Positions 1-15,000 of a DNA stretch of 64,000 nucleotides are shown piece by piece. Origin of the DNA: Eledone cirrhosa. Lineage: Eukaryota. A program made the position numbers and the translations under genes. A model generated the notes under the pieces. The model was given only the letters and a program-made list of their open reading frames with translations, searched no databases and was not told the origin of the DNA. The stretch covers positions 245,024,001-245,088,000 of the forward strand of contig OZ024741.1 in assembly GCA_964016885.1 (NCBI GenBank). The letters run 5' to 3'. Each line of letters starts with the position of its first letter. Position 1 is the stretch's first letter.

Positions 1-3000
1 TCTTGCTGAAATTCACGCCACACATAGCCAATGAGTATCTGCACATGTACCAGTAATTACAGATCGATCCGACCGCGGGCGGCCGGCCCGCGATTAAAAA
101 GGTAAATCCGCCGGCTAATCGTCATTTTTGGATTCGTTTTCTTCGAAGCACACCATTCGCCGGCGGACTTTGTTGACATTTAACACGGTTTGGTTCCACA
201 GCCACAACTATTGATTTTACGGAGATATCTTGCTGAAATTCACGCCACACATAGCCAATGAGTGTCTGCACATGTACCAGTAATTACAGATCGATCCGAC
301 CACGGGCGGCCGGCCCGCGATTGAAAAGGTAAATCCGCCGGCTAATCGTCATTTTTGGATTCGTTTTCTTCGAAGCACACCATTCGCCGGCGGACTTTGT
401 TGACGTTTAACACGGTTTGGTTCCACAGCCACAACTATTGATTTTACGGAGATATCTTGCTGAAATTCACGCCACACATAGCCAATGAGTATCTGCACAT
501 GTACCAGTAATTACAGATCGATCCGACCGCGGGCGGCCGGCCCGCGATTGAAAAGGTAAATCCGCCGGCTAATCGTCATTTTTGGATTCGTTTTCTTCGA
601 AGCACACCATTCGCCGGCGGACTTTGTTGACGTTTAACACGGTTTGGTTCCACAGCCACAACTATTGATTTTACGGAGATATCTTGCTGAAATTCACGAC
701 ACACATAGCCAATGTGAGTCTGCACATGTACCAGTAATTACAGATCGATCCGACCACGGGCGGCCGGCCCGCGATTGAAAAGGTAAATCCGCCGGCTAAT
801 CGTCATTTTTGGATTCGTTTTCTTCGAAGCACACCATTCGCCGGCGGACTTTGTTGACATTTAACACGGTTTGGTTCCACAGCCACAACTATTGATTTTA
901 CGGAGATATCTTGCTGAAATTCACGACACACATAGCCAATGTGAGTCTGCACATGTACCAGTAATTACAGATCGATCCGACCACGGGCGGCCGGCCCGCG
1001 ATTGAAAAGGTAAATCCGCCGGCTAATCGTCATTTTTGGATTCGTTTTCTTCGAAGCACACCATTCGCCGGCGGACTTTGTTGACGTTTAACACGGTTTG
1101 GTTCCACAGCCACAACTATTGATTTTACGGAGATATCTTGCTGAAATTCACGCCACACATAGCCAATGAGTATCTGCACATGTACCAGTAATTACAGATC
1201 GATCCGACCGCGGGCGGCCGGCCCGCGATTAAAAAGGTAAAACCGCCGGCTAATTGTCATTTTTGGATTCGTTTTCTTCGAAGCACACCATTCGCCGGCG
1301 GACTTTGTTGACGTTTAACACGGTTTGGTTCCACAGCCACAACTATTGATTTTACGGAGATATCTTGCTGAAATTCACGACACACATAGCCAATGTGAGT
1401 CTGCACATGTACCAGTAATTACAGATCGATCCGACCACGGGCGGCCGGCCCGCGATTGAAAAGGTAAATCCGCCGGCTAATCGTCATTTTTGGATTCGTT
1501 TTCTTCGAAGCACACCATTCGCCGGCGGACTTTGTTGACATTTAACACGGTTTGGTTCCACAGCCACAACTATTGATTTTACGGAGATATCTTGCTGAAA
1601 TTCACGCCACACATAGCCAATGAGTATCTGCACATGTACCAGTAATTACAGATCGATCCGACCGCGGGCGGCCGGCCCGCGATTAAAAAGGTAAATCCGC
1701 CGGCTAATCGTCATTTTTGGATTCGTTTTCTTCGAAGCACACCATTCGCCGGCGGACTTTGTTGACGTTTAACACGGTTTGGTTCCACAGCCACAACTAT
1801 TGATTTTACGGAGATATCTTGCTGAAATTCACGCCACACATAGCCAATGAGTGTCTGCACATGTACCAGTAATTACAGATCGATCCGACCACGGGCGGCC
1901 GGCCCGCGATTGAAAAGGTAAATCCGCCGGCTAATCGTCATTTTTGGATTCGTTTTCTTCGAAGCACACCATTCGCCGGCGGACTTTGTTGACGTTTAAC
2001 ACGGTTTGGTTCCACAGCCACAACTATTGATTTTACGGAGATATCTTGCTGAAATTCACGCCACACATAGCCAATGAGTATCTGCACATGTACCAGTAAT
2101 TACAGATCGATCCGACCGCGGGCGGCCGGCCCGCGATTAAAAAGGTAAATCCGCCGGCTAATTGTCATTTTTGGATTCGTTTTCTTCGAAGCACACCATT
2201 CGCCGGCGGACTTTGTTGACGTTTAACACGGTTTGGTTCCACAGCCACAACTATTGATTTTACGGAGATATCTTGCTGAAATTCACGCCACACATAGCCA
2301 ATGAGTGTCTGCACATGTACCAGTAATTACAGATCGATCCGACCACGGGCGGCCGGCCCGCGATTGAAAAGGTAAATCCGCCGGCTAATCGTCATTTTTG
2401 GATTCGTTTTCTTCGAAGCACACCAATCGCCGGCGGACTTTGTTGACGTTTAACACGGTTTGGTTCCACAGCCACAACTATTGATTTTACGGAGATATCT
2501 TGCTGAAATTCACGCCACACATAGCCAATGAGTATCTGCACATGTACCAGTAATTACAGATCGATCCGACCGCGGGCGGCCGGCCCGCGATTAAAAAGGT
2601 AAATCCGCCGGCTAATCGTCATTTTTGGATTCGTTTTCTTCGAAGCACACCATTCGCCGGCGGACTTTGTTGACATTTAACACGGTTTGGTTCCACAGCC
2701 ACAACTATTGATTTTACGGAGATATCTTGCTGAAATTCACGCCACACATAGCCAATGAGTGTCTGCACATGTACCAGTAATTACAGATCGATCCGACCAC
2801 GGGCGGCCGGCCCGCGATTGAAAAGGTAAATCCGCCGGCTAATCGTCATTTTTGGATTCGTTTTCTTCGAAGCACACCATTCGCCGGCGGACTTTGTTGA
2901 CGTTTAACACGGTTTGGTTCCACAGCCACAACTATTGATTTTACGGAGATATCTTGCTGAAATTCACGCCACACATAGCCAATGAGTATCTGCACATGTA

Positions 3001-6000
3001 CCAGTAATTACAGATCGATCCGACCGCGGGCGGCCGGCCCGCGATTGAAAAGGTAAATCCGCCGGCTAATCGTCATTTTTGGATTCGTTTTCTTCGAAGC
3101 ACACCATTCGCCGGCGGACTTTGTTGACGTTTAACACGGTTTGGTTCCACAGCCACAACTATTGATTTTACGGAGATATCTTGCTGAAATTCACGACACA
3201 CATAGCCAATGTGAGTCTGCACATGTACCAGTAATTACAGATCGATCCGACCACGGGCGGCCGGCCCGCGATTGAAAAGGTAAATCCGCCGGCTAATCGT
3301 CATTTTTGGATTCGTTTTCTTCGAAGCACACCATTCGCCGGCGGACTTTGTTGACATTTAACACGGTTTGGTTCCACAGCCACAACTATTGATTTTACGG
3401 AGATATCTTGCTGAAATTCACGCCACACATAGCCAATGAGTATCTGCACATGTACCAGTAATTACAGATCGATCCGACCGCGGGCGGCCGGCCCGCGATT
3501 AAAAAGGTAAATCCGCCGGCTAATCGTCATTTTTGGATTCGTTTTCTTCGAAGCACACCATTCGCCGGCGGACTTTGTTGACATTTAACACGGTTTGGTT
3601 CCACAGCCACAACTATTGATTTTACGGAGATATCTTGCTGAAATTCACGCCACACATAGCCAATGAGTGTCTGCACATGTACCAGTAATTACAGATCGAT
3701 CCGACCACGGGCGGCCGGCCCGCGATTGAAAAGGTAAATCCGCCGGCTAATCGTCATTTTTGGATTCGTTTTCTTCGAAGCACACCATTCGCCGGCGGAC
3801 TTTGTTGACGTTTAACACGGTTTGGTTCCACAGCCACAACTATTGATTTTACGGAGATATCTTGCTGAAATTCACGCCACACATAGCCAATGAGTATCTG
3901 CACATGTACCAGTAATTACAGATCGATCCGACCGCGGGCGGCCGGCCCGCGATTGAAAAGGTAAATCCGCCGGCTAATCGTCATTTTTGGATTCGTTTTC
4001 TTCGAAGCACACCATTCGCCGGCGGACTTTGTTGACGTTTAACACGGTTTGGTTCCACAGCCACAACTATTGATTTTACGGAGATATCTTGCTGAAATTC
4101 ACGACACACATAGCCAATGTGAGTCTGCACATGTACCAGTAATTACAGATCGATCCGACCACGGGCGGCCGGCCCGCGATTGAAAAGGTAAATCCGCCGG
4201 CTAATCGTCATTTTTGGATTCGTTTTCTTCGAAGCACACCATTCGCCGGCGGACTTTGTTGACATTTAACACGGTTTGGTTCCACAGCCACAACTATTGA
4301 TTTTACGGAGATATCTTGCTGAAATTCACGACACACATAGCCAATGTGAGTCTGCACATGTACCAGTAATTACAGATCGATCCGACCACGGGCGGCCGGC
4401 CCGCGATTGAAAAGGTAAATCCGCCGGCTAATCGTCATTTTTGGATTCGTTTTCTTCGAAGCACACCATTCGCCGGCGGACTTTGTTGACGTTTAACACG
4501 GTTTGGTTCCACAGCCACAACTATTGATTTTACGGAGATATCTTGCTGAAATTCACGCCACACATAGCCAATGAGTATCTGCACATGTACCAGTAATTAC
4601 AGATCGATCCGACCGCGGGCGGCCGGCCCGCGATTAAAAAGGTAAAACCGCCGGCTAATTGTCATTTTTGGATTCGTTTTCTTCGAAGCACACCATTCGC
4701 CGGCGGACTTTGTTGACGTTTAACACGGTTTGGTTCCACAGCCACAACTATTGATTTTACGGAGATATCTTGCTGAAATTCACGACACACATAGCCAATG
4801 TGAGTCTGCACATGTACCAGTAATTACAGATCGATCCGACCACGGGCGGCCGGCCCGCGATTGAAAAGGTAAATCCGCCGGCTAATCGTCATTTTTGGAT
4901 TCGTTTTCTTCGAAGCACACCATTCGCCGGCGGACTTTGTTGACATTTAACACGGTTTGGTTCCACAGCCACAACTATTGATTTTACGGAGATATCTTGC
5001 TGAAATTCACGCCACACATAGCCAATGAGTATCTGCACATGTACCAGTAATTACAGATCGATCCGACCGCGGGCGGCCGGCCCGCGATTAAAAAGGTAAA
5101 TCCGCCGGCTAATCGTCATTTTTGGATTCGTTTTCTTCGAAGCACACCATTCGCCGGCGGACTTTGTTGACGTTTAACACCGTTTGGTTCCACAGCCACA
5201 ACTATTGATTTTACGGAGATATCTTGCTGAAATTCACGCCACACATAGCCAATGGGTGTCTGCACATGTACCAGTAATTACAGATCGATCCGACCACGGG
5301 CGGCCGGCCCGCGATTGAAAAGGTAAATCCGCCGGCTAACCGTCATTTTTGGATTCGTTTTCTTCGAAGCACACCATTCGCCGGCGGACTTTGTTGACGT
5401 TTAACACGGTTTGGTTCCACAGCCACAACTATTGATTTTACGGAGATATCTTGCTGAAATTCACGCCACACATAGCCAATGAGTGTCTGCACATGTACCA
5501 GTAATTACAGATCGATCCGACCACGGGCGGCCGGCCCGCGATTGAAAAGGTAAATCCGCCGGCTAATCGTCATTTTTGGATTCGTTTTCTTCGAAGCACA
5601 CCATTCGCCGGCGGACTTTGTTGACATTTAACACGGTTTGGTTCCACAGCCACAACTATTGATTTTACGGAGATATCTTGCTGAAATTCACGCCACACAT
5701 AGCCAATGAGTATCTGCACATGTACCAGTAATTACAGATCGATCCGACCGCGGGCGGCCGGCCCGCGATTAAAAAGGTAAATCCGCCGGCTAATCGTCAT
5801 TTTTGGATTCGTTTTCTTCGAAGCACACCATTCGCCGGCGGACTTTGTTGACATTTAACACGGTTTGGTTCCACAGCCACAACTATTGATTTTACGGAGA
5901 TATCTTGCTGAAATTCACGCCACACATAGCCAATGAGTGTCTGCACATGTACCAGTAATTACAGATCGATCCGACCACGGGCGGCCGGCCCGCGATTGAA

Positions 6001-9000
6001 AAGGTAAATCCGCCGGCTAATCGTCATTTTTGGATTCGTTTTCTTCGAAGCACACCATTCGCCGGCGGACTTTGTTGACGTTTAACACGGTTTGGTTCCA
6101 CAGCCACAACTATTGATTTTACGGAGATATCTTGCTGAAATTCACGCCACACATAGCCAATGAGTATCTGCACATGTACCAGTAATTACAGATCGATCCG
6201 ACCGCGGGCGGCCGGCCCGCGATTGAAAAGGTAAATCCGCCGGCTAATCGTCATTTTTGGATTCGTTTTCTTCGAAGCACACCATTCGCCGGCGGACTTT
6301 GTTGACGTTTAACACGGTTTGGTTCCACAGCCACAACTATTGATTTTACGGAGATATCTTGCTGAAATTCACGACACACATAGCCAATGTGAGTCTGCAC
6401 ATGTACCAGTAATTACAGATCGATCCGACCACGGGCGGCCGGCCCGCGATTGAAAAGGTAAATCCGCCGGCTAATCGTCATTTTTGGATTCGTTTTCTTC
6501 GAAGCACACCATTCGCCGGCGGACTTTGTTGACATTTAACACGGTTTGGTTCCACAGCCACAACTATTGATTTTACGGAGATATCTTGCTGAAATTCACG
6601 ACACACATAGCCAATGTGAGTCTGCACATGTACCAGTAATTACAGATCGATCCGACCACGGGCGGCCGGCCCGCGATTGAAAAGGTAAATCCGCCGGCTA
6701 ATCGTCATTTTTGGATTCGTTTTCTTCGAAGCACACCATTCGCCGGCGGACTTTGTTGACGTTTAACACGGTTTGGTTCCACAGCCACAACTATTGATTT
6801 TACGGAGATATCTTGCTGAAATTCACGCCACACATAGCCAATGAGTATCTGCACATGTACCAGTAATTACAGATCGATCCGACCGCGGGCGGCCGGCCCG
6901 CGATTAAAAAGGTAAAACCGCCGGCTAATTGTCATTTTTGGATTCGTTTTCTTCGAAGCACACCATTCGCCGGCGGACTTTGTTGACGTTTAACACGGTT
7001 TGGTTCCACAGCCACAACTATTGATTTTACGGAGATATCTTGCTGAAATTCACGACACACATAGCCAATGTGAGTCTGCACATGTACCAGTAATTACAGA
7101 TCGATCCGACCACGGGCGGCCGGCCCGCGATTGAAAAGGTAAATCCGCCGGCTAATCGTCATTTTTGGATTCGTTTTCTTCGAAGCACACCATTCGCCGG
7201 CGGACTTTGTTGACATTTAACACGGTTTGGTTCCACAGCCACAACTATTGATTTTACGGAGATATCTTGCTGAAATTCACGCCACACATAGCCAATGGGT
7301 GTCTGCACATGTACCAGTAATTACAGATCGATCCGACCACGGGCGGCCGGCCCGCGATTGAAAAGGTAAATCCGCCGGCTAACCGTCATTTTTGGATTCG
7401 TTTTCTTCGAAGCACACCATTCGCCGGCGGACTTTGTTGACGTTTAACACGGTTTGGTTCCACAGCCACAACTATTGATTTTACGGAGATATCTTGCTGA
7501 AATTCACGCCACACATAGCCAATGAGTGTCTGCACATGTACCAGTAATTACAGATCGATCCGACCACGGGCGGCCGGCCCGCGATTGAAAAGGTAAATCC
7601 GCCGGCTAATCGTCATTTTTGGATTCGTTTTCTTCGAAGCACACCATTCGCCGGCGGACTTTGTTGACGTTTAACACGGTTTGGTTCCACAGCCACAACT
7701 ATTGATTTTACGGAGATATCTTGCTGAAATTCACGCCACACATAGCCAATGAGTGTCTGCACATGTACCAGTAATTACAGATCGATCCGACCGCGGGCGG
7801 CCGGCCCGCGATTGAAAAGGTAAATCCGCCGGCTAATAGTCATTTTTGGATTCGTTTTCTTCGAAGCACACCATTCGCCGGCGGACTTTGTTGACGTTTA
7901 ACACGGTTTGGTTCCACAGTCACAACTATTGATTTTACGGAGATATCTTGCTGAAATTCACGCCACACATAGCCAATGAGTATCTGCACATGTACCAGTA
8001 ATTACAGATCGATCCGACCGCGGGCGGCCGGCCCGCGATTAAAAAGGTAAATCCGCCGGCTAATCGTCATTTTTGGATTCGTTTTCTTCGAAGCACACCA
8101 TTCGCCGGCGGACTTTGTTGACGTTTAACACCGTTTGGTTCCACAGCCACAACTATTGATTTTACGGAGATATCTTGCTGAAATTCACGCCACACATAGC
8201 CAATGAGTGTCTGCACATGTACCAGTAATTACAGATCGATCCGACCACGGGCGGCCGGCCCGCGATTGAAAAGGTAAATCCGCCGGCTAATCGTCATTTT
8301 TGGATTCGTTTTCTTCGAAGCACACCATTCGCCGGCGGACTTTGTTGACGTTTAACACGGTTTGGTTCCACAGCCACAACTATTGATTTTACGGAGATAT
8401 CTTGCTGAAATTCACGCCACACATAGCCAATGAGTATCTGCACATGTACCAGTAATTACAGATCGATCCGACCGCGGGCGACCGGCCCGCGATTGAAAAG
8501 GTAAATCCGCCGGCTAATCGTCATTTTTGGATTCGTTTTCTTCGAAGCACACCATTCGCCGGCGGACTTTGTTGACGTTTAACACGGTTTGGTTCCACAG
8601 CCACAACTATTGATTTTACGGAGATATCTTGCTGAAATTCACGACACACATAGCCAATGTGAGTCTGCACATGTACCAGTAATTACAGATCGATCCGACC
8701 ACGGGCGGCCGGCCCGCGATTGAAAAGGTAAATCCGCCGGCTAATCGTCATTTTTGGATTCGTTTTCTTCGAAGCACACCATTCGCCGGCGGACTTTGTT
8801 GACGTTTAACACGGTTTGGTTCCACAGCCACAACTATTGATTTTACGGAGATATCTTGCTGAAATTCACGCCACACATAGCCAATGAGTATCTGCACATG
8901 TACCAGTAATTACAGATCGATCCGACCGCGGGCGGCCGGCCCGCGATTGAAAAGGTAAATCCGCCGGCTAATCGTCATTTTTGGATTCGTTTTCTTCGAA

Positions 9001-12000
9001 GCACACCATTCGCCGGCGGACTTTGTTGACGTTTAACACGGTTTGGTTCCACAGCCACAACTATTGATTTTACGGAGATATCTTGCTGAAATTCACGCCA
9101 CACATAGCCAATGAGTGTCTGCACATGTACCAGTAATTACAGATCGATCCGACCGCGGGCGGCCGGCCCGCGATTGAAAAGGTAAATCCGCCGGCTAATC
9201 GTCATTTTTGGATTCGTTTTCTTCGAAGCACACCATTCGCCGGCGGACTTTGTTGACATTTAACACGGTTTGGTTCCACAGCCACAACTATTGATTTTAC
9301 GGAGATATCTTGCTGAAATTCACGCCACACATAGCCAATGGGTGTCTGCACATGTACCAGTAATTACAGATCGATCCGACCACGGGCGGCCGGCCCGCGA
9401 TTGAAAAGGTAAATCCGCCGGCTAACCGTCATTTTTGGATTCGTTTTCTTCGAAGCACACCATTCGCCGGCGGACTTTGTTGACGTTTAACACGGTTTGG
9501 TTCCACAGCCACAACTATTGATTTTACGGAGATATCTTGCTGAAATTCACGCCACACATAGCCAATGAGTGTCTGCACATGTACCAGTAATTACAGATCG
9601 ATCCGACCACGGGCGGCCGGCCCGCGATTGAAAAGGTAAATCCGCCGGCTAATCGTCATTTTTGGATTCGTTTTCTTCGAAGCACACCATTCGCCGGCGG
9701 ACTTTGTTGACGTTTAACACGGTTTGGTTCCACAGCCACAACTATTGATTTTACGGAGATATCTTGCTGAAATTCACGCCACACATAGCCAATGAGTATC
9801 TGCACATGTACCAGTAATTACAGATCGATCCGACCGCGGGCGGCCGGCCCGCGATTGAAAAGGTAAATCCGCCGGCTAATCGTCATTTTTGGATTCGTTT
9901 TCTTCGAAGCACACCATTCGCCGGCGGACTTTGTTGACGTTTAACACGGTTTGGTTCCACAGCCACAACTATTGATTTTACGGAGATATCTTGCTGAAAT
10001 TCACGACACACATAGCCAATGAGGGTCTGCACATGTACCAGTAATTACAGAACGATCCGACCGCGGGCGGCCGGCCCGCGATTAAAAAGGTAAATCCGCC
10101 GGCTAATCGTCATTTTTGGATTCGTTTTCTTCGAAGCACACCATTCGCCGGCGGACTTTGTTGACGTTTAACACGGTTTGGTTCCACAGCCACAACTATT
10201 GATTTTACGGAGATATCTTGCTGAAATTCAGGCCACACATAGCCAATGAGTGTCTGCACATGTACCAGTAACTACAGATCGATCCGACCACGGGCGGCCG
10301 GCCCGCGATTGAAAAGGTAAATCCGCCGGCTAATCGTCATTTTTGGATTCGTTTTCTTCGAAGCACACCATTCGCCGGCGGACTTTGTTGACGTTTAACA
10401 CGGTTTGGTTCCACAGCCACAACTATTGATTTTAAGGAGATATCTTGCTGAAATTCACGACACACATAGCCAATGAGTGTCTGCACATGTACCAGTAATT
10501 ACAGATCGATCCGACCACGGGCGGCCGGTCCGCGATTGAAAAGGTAAATCCGCCGGCTAATCGTCATTTTTGGATTCGTTTTCTTCGAAGCACACCATTC
10601 GCCGGCGGACTTTGTTGACGTTTAACACGGTTTGGTTCCACAGCCACAACTATTGATTTTACGGAGATATCTTGCTGAAATTCACGCCACACATAGCCAA
10701 TGAGTGTCTGCACATGTACCAGTAATTACAGATCGATCCGACCACGGGCGGCCGGCCCGCGATTGAAAAGGTAAATCCGCCGGCTAATCGTCATTTTTGG
10801 ATTCGTTTTCTTCGAAGCACACCATTCGCCGGCGGACTTTGTTGACGTTTAACACGGTTTGGTTCCACAGCCACAACTATTGATTTTACGGAGATATCTT
10901 GCTGAAATTCAGGCCACACATAGCCAATGAGTGTCTGCACATGTACCAGTAACTACAGATCGATCCGACCACGGGCGGCCGGCCCGCGATTGAAAAGGTA
11001 AATCCGCCGGCTAATCGTCATTTTTGGATTCGTTTTCTTCGAAGCACACCATTCGCCGACGGACTTTGTTGACGTTTAACACGGTTTGGTTCCACAGCCA
11101 CAACTATTGATTTTAAGGAGATATCTTGCTGAAATTCACGACACACATAGCCAATGTGAGTCTGCACATGTACCAGTAATTACAGATCGATCCGACCACG
11201 GGCGGCCGGCCCGCGATTGAAAAGGTAAATCCGCCGGCTAATCGTCATTTTTGGATTCGTTTTCTTCGAAGCACACCATTCGCCGGCGGACTTTGTTGAC
11301 GTTTAACACGGTTTGGTTCCACAGCCACAACTATTGATTTTACGGAGATATCTTGCTGAAATTCACGCCACACATAGCCAATGAGTGTCTGCACATGTAC
11401 CAGTAATTACAGATCGATCCGACCACGGGCCGCCGGCCCGCGATTGAAAAGGTAAATCCGCCGGCTAATCGTCATTTTTGGATTCGTTTTCTTCGAAGCA
11501 CACCATTCGCCGGCGGACTTTGTTGACGTTTAACACGGTTTGGTTCCACAGCCACAACTATTGATTTTACGGAGATATCTTGCTGAAATTCACGGCACAC
11601 ATAGCCAATGTGAGTCTGCACATGTACCAGTAATTACAGATCGATCCGACCACGGGCGGCCGGCCCGCGATTGAAAAGGTAAATCCGCCGGCTAATCGTC
11701 ATTTTTGGATTCGTTTTCTTCGAAGCACACCATTCGCCGGCGGACTTTGTTGACGTTTAACACGGTTTGGTTCCACAGCCACAACTATTGATTTTACGGA
11801 GATATCTTGCTGAAATTCACGCCACACATAGCCAATGAGTGTCTGCACATGTACCAGTAATTACAGATCGATCCGACCACGGGCGGCCGGCCCGCGATTG
11901 AAAAGGTAAATCCGCCGGCTAATCGTCATTTTTGGATTCGTTTTCTTCGAAGCACACCATTCGCCGGCGGACTTTGTTGACGTTTAACACGGTTTGGTTC

Positions 12001-15000
12001 CACAGCCACAACTATTGATTTTACGGAGATATCTTGCTGAAATTCACGACACACATAGCCAATGAGTGTCTGCACATGTACCAGTAATTACAGATCGATC
12101 CGACCACGGGCGGCCGGTCCGCGATTGAAAAGGTAAATCCGCCGGCTAATCGTCATTTTTGGATTCGTTTTCTTCGAAGCACACCATTCGCCGGCGGACT
12201 TTGTTGACGTTTAACACGGTTTGGTTCCACAGCCACAACTATTGATTTTACGGAGATATCTTGCTGAAATTCACGCCACACATAGCCAATGAGTGTCTGC
12301 ACATGTACCAGTAACTACAGATCGATCCGACCACGGGCGGCCGGCCCGCGATTGAAAAGGTAAATCCGCCGGCTAATCGTCATTTTTGGATTCGTTTTCT
12401 TCGAAGCACACCATTCGCCGGCGGACTTTGTTGACGTTTAACACGGTTTGGTTCCACAGCCACAACTATTGATTTTAAGGAGATATCTTGCTGAAATTCA
12501 CGACACACATAGCCAATGTGAGTCTGCACATGTACCAGTAATTACAGATCGATCCGACCACGGGCGGCCGGCCCGCGATTGAAAAGGTAAATCCGCCGGC
12601 TAATCGTCATTTTTGGATTCGTTTTCTTCGAAGCACACCATTCGCCGGCGGACTTTGTTGACGTTTAACACGGTTTGGTTCCACAGCCACAACTATTGAT
12701 TTTACGGAGATATCTTTCTGAAATTCACGCCACACATAGCCAATGAGTATCTGCACATGTACCAGTAATTACAGATCGATTCGACCGCGGGCGGCCGGCC
12801 CGCGATTAAAAAGGTAAATCCGCCGGCTAATTGTCATTTTTGGATTCGTTTTCTTCGAAGCACACCATTCGCCGGCGGACTTTGTTGACGTTTAACACCG
12901 TTTGGTTCCACAGCCACAACTATTGATTTTACGGAGATATCTTGCTGAAATTCACGCCACACATAGCCAATGAGGGTCTGCACATGTACCAGTAATTACA
13001 GAACGATCCGACCGCGGGCGGCCGGCCCGCGATTAAAAAGGTAAATCCGCCGGCTAATCGTCATTTTTGGATTCGTTTTCTTCGAAGCACACCATTCGCC
13101 GGCGGACTTTGTTGACGTTTAACACGGTTTGGTTCCACAGCCACAACTATTGATTTTACGGAGATATCTTGCTGAAATTCAGGCCACACATAGCCAATGA
13201 GTGTCTGCACATGTACCAGTAACTACAGATCGATCCGACCACGGGCGGCCGGCCCGCGATTGAAAAGGTAAATCCGCCGGCTAATCGTCATTTTTGGATT
13301 CGTTTTCTTCGAAGCACACCATTCGCCGGCGGACTTTGTTGACGTTTAACACGGTTTGGTTCCACAGCCACAACTATTGATTTTAAGGAGATATCTTGCT
13401 GAAATTCACGACACACATAGCCAATGAGTGTCTGCACATGTACCAGTAATTACAGATCGATCCGACCACGGGCGGCCGGTCCGCGATTGAAAAGGTAAAT
13501 CCGCCGGCTAATCGTCATTTTTGGATTCGTTTTCTTCGAAGCACACCATTCGCCGGCGGACTTTGTTGACGTTTAACACGGTTTGGTTCCACAGCCACAA
13601 CTATTGATTTTACGGAGATATCTTGCTGAAATTCACGCCACACATAGCCAATGAGTGTCTGCACATGTACCAGTAATTACAGATCGATCCGACCACGGGC
13701 GGCCGGCCCGCGATTGAAAAGGTAAATCCGCCGGCTAATCGTCATTTTTGGATTCGTTTTCTTCGAAGCACACCATTCGCCGACGGACTTTGTTGACGTT
13801 TAACACGGTTTGGTTCCACAGCCACAACTATTGATTTTAAGGAGATATCTTGCTGAAATTCACGACACACATAGCCAATGTGAGTCTGCACATGTACCAG
13901 TAATTACAGATCGATCCGACCACGGGCGGCCGGCCCGCGATTGAAAAGGTAAATCCGCCGGCTAATCGTCATTTTTGGATTCGTTTTCTTCGAAGCACAC
14001 CATTCGCCGGCGGACTTTGTTGACGTTTAACACGGTTTGGTTCCACAGCCACAACTATTGATTTTACGGAGATATCTTGCTGAAATTCACGCCACACATA
14101 GCCAATGAGTGTCTGCACATGTACCAGTAATTACAGATCGATCCGACCACGGGCCGCCGGCCCGCGATTGAAAAGGTAAATCCGCCGGCTAATCGTCATT
14201 TTTGGATTCGTTTTCTTCGAAGCACACCATTCGCCGGCGGACTTTGTTGACGTTTAACACGGTTTGGTTCCACAGCCACAACTATTGATTTTACGGAGAT
14301 ATCTTGCTGAAATTCACGGCACACATAGCCAATGTGAGTCTGCACATGTACCAGTAATTACAGATCGATCCGACCACGGGCGGCCGGCCCGCGATTGAAA
14401 AGGTAAATCCGCCGGCTAATCGTCATTTTTGGATTCGTTTTCTTCGAAGCACACCATTCGCCGGCGGACTTTGTTGACATTTAACACGGTTTGGTTCCAC
14501 AGCCACAACTATTGATTTTACGGAGATATCTTGCTGAAATTCACGCCACACATAGCCAATGAGTATCTGCACATGTACCAGTAATTACAGATCGATCCGA
14601 CCACGGGCGGCCGGCCCGCGATTGAAAAGGTAAATCCGCCGGCTAATCGTCATTTTTGGATTCGTTTTCTTCGAAGCACACCATTCGCCGGCGGACTTTG
14701 TTGACGTTTAACACGGTTTGGTTCCACAGCCACAACTATTGATTTTACGGAGATATCTTGCTGAAATTCACGCCACACATAGCCAATGAGTGTCTGCACA
14801 TGTACCAGTAATTACAGATCGATCCGACCACGGGCGGCCGGCCCGCGATTGAAAAGGTAAATCCGCCGGCTAATCGTCATTTTTGGATTCGTTTTCTTCG
14901 AAGCACACCATTCGCCGGCGGACTTTGTTGACGTTTAACACGGTTTGGTTCCACAGCCACAACTATTGATTTTACGGAGATATCTTGCTGAAATTCACGC

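Noticed and set aside
132-148. CENP-B box-like ATTCGTTTTCTTCGAAG
   Set aside because: Only 6 of the 9 core positions of NTTCGNNNNANNCGGGN match; the A and the final GG are missing.
1-227. Hammerhead ribozyme satellite (as in newt satellite 2 or schistosome Sm-alpha)
   Set aside because: No CTGANGA core on either strand; the nearest matches are CTGAAAT (+) and ATGACGA (-), without correctly placed GAAA and stems.
1-227. Tandem 5S rRNA, tRNA, snRNA or spliced-leader gene array
   Set aside because: No recognisable conserved sequence of these RNAs and no cloverleaf by eye. An Rfam/Infernal search would be decisive.
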